Positions 61,320 to 64,000 of a stretch of 64,000 nt of DNA are shown here, piece after piece. Below the pieces are notes generated by a model, which worked only from the letters and a program-made list of their open reading frames with translations, was not told where the DNA came from and made no database searches. The stretch spans positions 2,604,001 through 2,668,000 of the forward strand of contig JAYWIR010000022.1 in NCBI GenBank assembly GCA_036172245.1, written 5' to 3'. Each line of letters starts with the position of its first letter. Positions within the stretch are counted from its first letter, which is position 1. Position numbers and translations under genes: made by a program. This DNA comes from Raillietiella orientalis. Its lineage: Eukaryota.

Positions 61320-63280
61320 AGAGGAAGGGAAGCGAGGAATGCAAGGAGGAATCGATCGTCCGGGGAGAGTACACGCGACGGGACGACCCTATGTGCCGCG
61401 CAGCAAGGGGAACCGCGAGACCCTGACTATGCTTGCCACAAGATGCTCCCCCCCTACATCGAGAAGAACGCAATCCCCTTGCCGCCAGAGGGCGGGAGCT
61501 TCTTTCCGCCCGAGGACTACGCGCCTCCACTGGGAGCTGGACCGAGGGAGGCCGATCTGGGTCGAAGTTCCCCAAAACGCCGACCGGAATCAGAAGCAGA
61601 CTGGGGGAACAGGGGGAAGAGAAGGGGACAGTCGCTTCCTCCACAGGGTCAGGAACTTCCGATGAGGTCAGAGGCGAGGCTACAACAGACCCGTCCTTCC
61701 CGAATGGGAGAGAAGTGGGAACGCCTCACCGCCACTCTTCGTCGTCTCCTCGCTCTTCCCTTCCCTTTTCCTCTTCATCTCCTGTCCTTGGGGCGTTCCT
61801 CTCGTGGTTTCGGGATCTCGTGCGCGAGCCCTGAGAGCCCCGCCGGACGCCTCGGAGAATGATGGGGGTCATGTTCGGTCGGCGCGTGTTACGACAACGC
61901 AACAATGCGGTCCGGCAACGACATCGGCGCCGTCTCCTCAGCGGTCGGCTGTCGGAGCGACCGCTCCGAGCGCCGAGCTGAGACGACCGTGAGGGGGCGC
62001 ATTCCGGTTTCCGGCGCGAATTCTCGGGAGTTCTTTGAACTTCGAACCGGTCAGCTGGAAGCTCACAGTCCCGTTCGGCCTCCTCCTCCTCTTTCTCTTC
62101 CCCTTCTCCGCTGCCCGCTGCTCCTCAGACCGACTGAGTCCTCTCCCGGGGAACCCAGATTTGACAGGAGGAGCGGAAGGGGGATGCCCTCGTCTCTCTC
62201 CTTCCTCACGGGAAGTCGGGCGCCGTTCCGTGCCAGGACGCCACACTCTGCCGTCTTCTCCCGTTCGCCTTCCCCCCACCTCGAGCCACTTCGTTTGGTG
62301 ATAGCATCCTCCCCTGGCAGCATGTGCCCGTCAAACGGCAACGGAATCCTCCGCGCTGAAGAAGCTCAGAGGGCATTTGGATTCTGTTTGAGGGGGGAGA
62401 GCGTGGTCAAAAGGGTCGGCCCCCGAACATGAAGGCATTTTCTAATCCTACTCCTATTCCTCCTCTCAACACAGGAGCGCTCAGGAGATCAGCTGTCGCA
62501 ATAATCCAATCGCTGCTTGCCCTCGAGCCATTCCCGCGCGGGAAGACGGTGAGGCTCGTCAAGGTCACCAGCGTCCTCCTCCTCCCTTCCGCTGCAAGCT
62601 GCGGCACCTCTGATGCTTCCTGGCCAGCAGTGCGCGACTTGGTTGCACTCGAGGCTCCGGGGGAGGAGCGCAGGAAGAGAGGGGGTCCCGATATAGGGGG
62701 TCGAAGGGGACCCGGTGGAGGAGTCAACCAGCGGACCTCGGGACACGGGAGGCACCTGGACCCGGCTGGGACATCCGATTTCCCTCCTCGGGAGGGTCAA
62801 AAATCCTTTCTGGGGATGAAGGAGGAGGATTTGGAAACGGTGGAAACTGCTGCGGCAGAACCTCCTTCCTTTCCCTCCCCCAAACGGACTGCAGTGGACC
62901 CTTCCGAGGATGAGGGAGGATGCACACGCGCATTCCGTCTGCCTCGCCGAATTCCCCTGCAAAAGGCGAGAGAGCTCGAAGGCCGGAGCAGGGGCAGGGA
63001 GCGAGACCTGCCGGTCTCGCTCCAACCCGGTCCCACCCTCCAGGAGCGCCGCTATCTCGCGCCGAGAGGAAAGGGGGATCCCCCACCCTGGTTCGTTCGC
63101 GGGAGGAGCACCATGCAGCGGCAGCGGCTCCTCATCCTTGCAGAAGAAAGGGGAAGGGGAGAAGAGCATTTCCCCGATCTCCCGTTTGACCGAGTCCTCC
63201 CGACGCAGGGATCGCCGCGCTCTTTCGAGGGAGTGGCAGATTCCGGACGTCGGTACCGGGGGAGGGGTTAAGGGGAATAT
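61320..63280 (+). mobile_element. Degenerate L1/Tx1-like element: ORF1 end, APE endonuclease, linker, start of RT
   Basis: APE remnants in order: LQQT (LQET), SRGFGI (SRGVAI), REFFEL, RFDR, TPHSAV (SDHxAV) and NGILRAEE. Then LQKKGEGEKSISPIS (KKG..RPIS). Confidence 0.6.
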
Positions 63281-63333
63281 TCTCGTCGCTACTCCCTCAC
63301 CCCCCACCCCTCGCAGGGAACCGCGACGCTTAC

Positions 63334-64000
63334 CCGCTTCCGGTAGCAGATCCGCTGGGTCATCCAAGAGATATGCGCCTCCGCTGCTCCGGCCGCCGGC
63401 TGTGGGGGCTCGCGCCGGCATCCAGGAGTCCTGTAGGAAGGGAGCGCTGAAGTGGCGGCCGGGCGGAGGAAGAGGATGGGGGAGGGGTGCGGCGCCACGT
63501 ACCTCCAGGAGGGTCTCTTGGCACGGACCGCCAGTTCCGCGGGGGAGGGCGATGGACCTGGGCGTGTCGTAGATCGGAAACGCCGCCTTCGGCACGTCGT
63601 ACACCGCCGCCTCGACGTGGGAGCCCTCGTTGGCGTAGGTGGGCTCTGCCGCTGCCCGCTGCCCCCACCTGGAGGGGTGGACGCGGTCCCCCGCGTTGTC
63701 GTCGCCGCCGCTCTCCTCTTCGGGCGACCGGCAGCCTCCGGAGCGGCGCGCGGGACGCCCGCGCGCGTCCGGCCCCTGGCAGCGGCAACGGAAGCGCGAG
63801 CAGCAGCAGCACCTTGCGGGGGGTCGCCTCTGCTGCTGCCCTGGAGGCGGCGCGACCGCCTCGTATGGGTTCTCGGGGCTGTCGGCGGAGGCGCCGTCGA
63901 CCGCATCTGCGTCGTCCATCCCAGGCGCTGCGGCGGCGCGGCGGTCACTCCGTGCGCCGCGCTGTCCTCGCCGCTGCTGCTGCTGCTGCTGCCGGCGACG
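63334..64000 (-). CDS. Probable coding exon of a host gene; low-complexity with clustered Tyr motifs; runs off the window edge
   Basis: The frame is open from 64000 to a consensus donor (GCGG|gtaagc, intron starting at 63333). It encodes ENPYEAV, EPTYAN, VYDVP and IYDTP. Confidence 0.55.

Noticed and set aside
1..64000. CRISPR arrays, tRNA/rRNA genes, prokaryotic operons, giant-virus or Maverick genes
   Set aside because: No regularly spaced repeats, RNA-gene signatures, or polB/capsid/ATPase motifs were recognised. The intact genes are spliceosomal.

Overview
This window is eukaryotic (invertebrate animal) genomic DNA. The very short introns and the SGT-like N-terminus are compatible with a nematode, but the taxon cannot be proven from the sequence. 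An AT-rich island (~44.5-53.6 kb) holds two intact convergent genes. One is a 5-exon SGTA/sgt-1 TPR co-chaperone (+, 49329-50515). The other is a 5'-incomplete gene of at least 10 exons (-, 53154-50790) encoding a PH domain fused to a divergent C-terminal actin fold. The rest is mostly GC- and CpG-rich, heavily decayed retrotransposon sequence from four groups: L1/Tx1-like LINEs, RLE-type (R2/NeSL-like) non-LTR elements, BEL/Pao and Ty3/Gypsy. Exon-like segments of unidentified host genes are interspersed, including a Tyr-motif-rich exon at the right edge. The best leads are the PH-actin fusion, a covarying multi-hairpin 3' UTR shared by the LINE copies, and a near-identical 1070-bp duplication within otherwise ancient sequence. 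Transposon calls rest on degenerate motif recognition by eye, and their boundaries are approximate.
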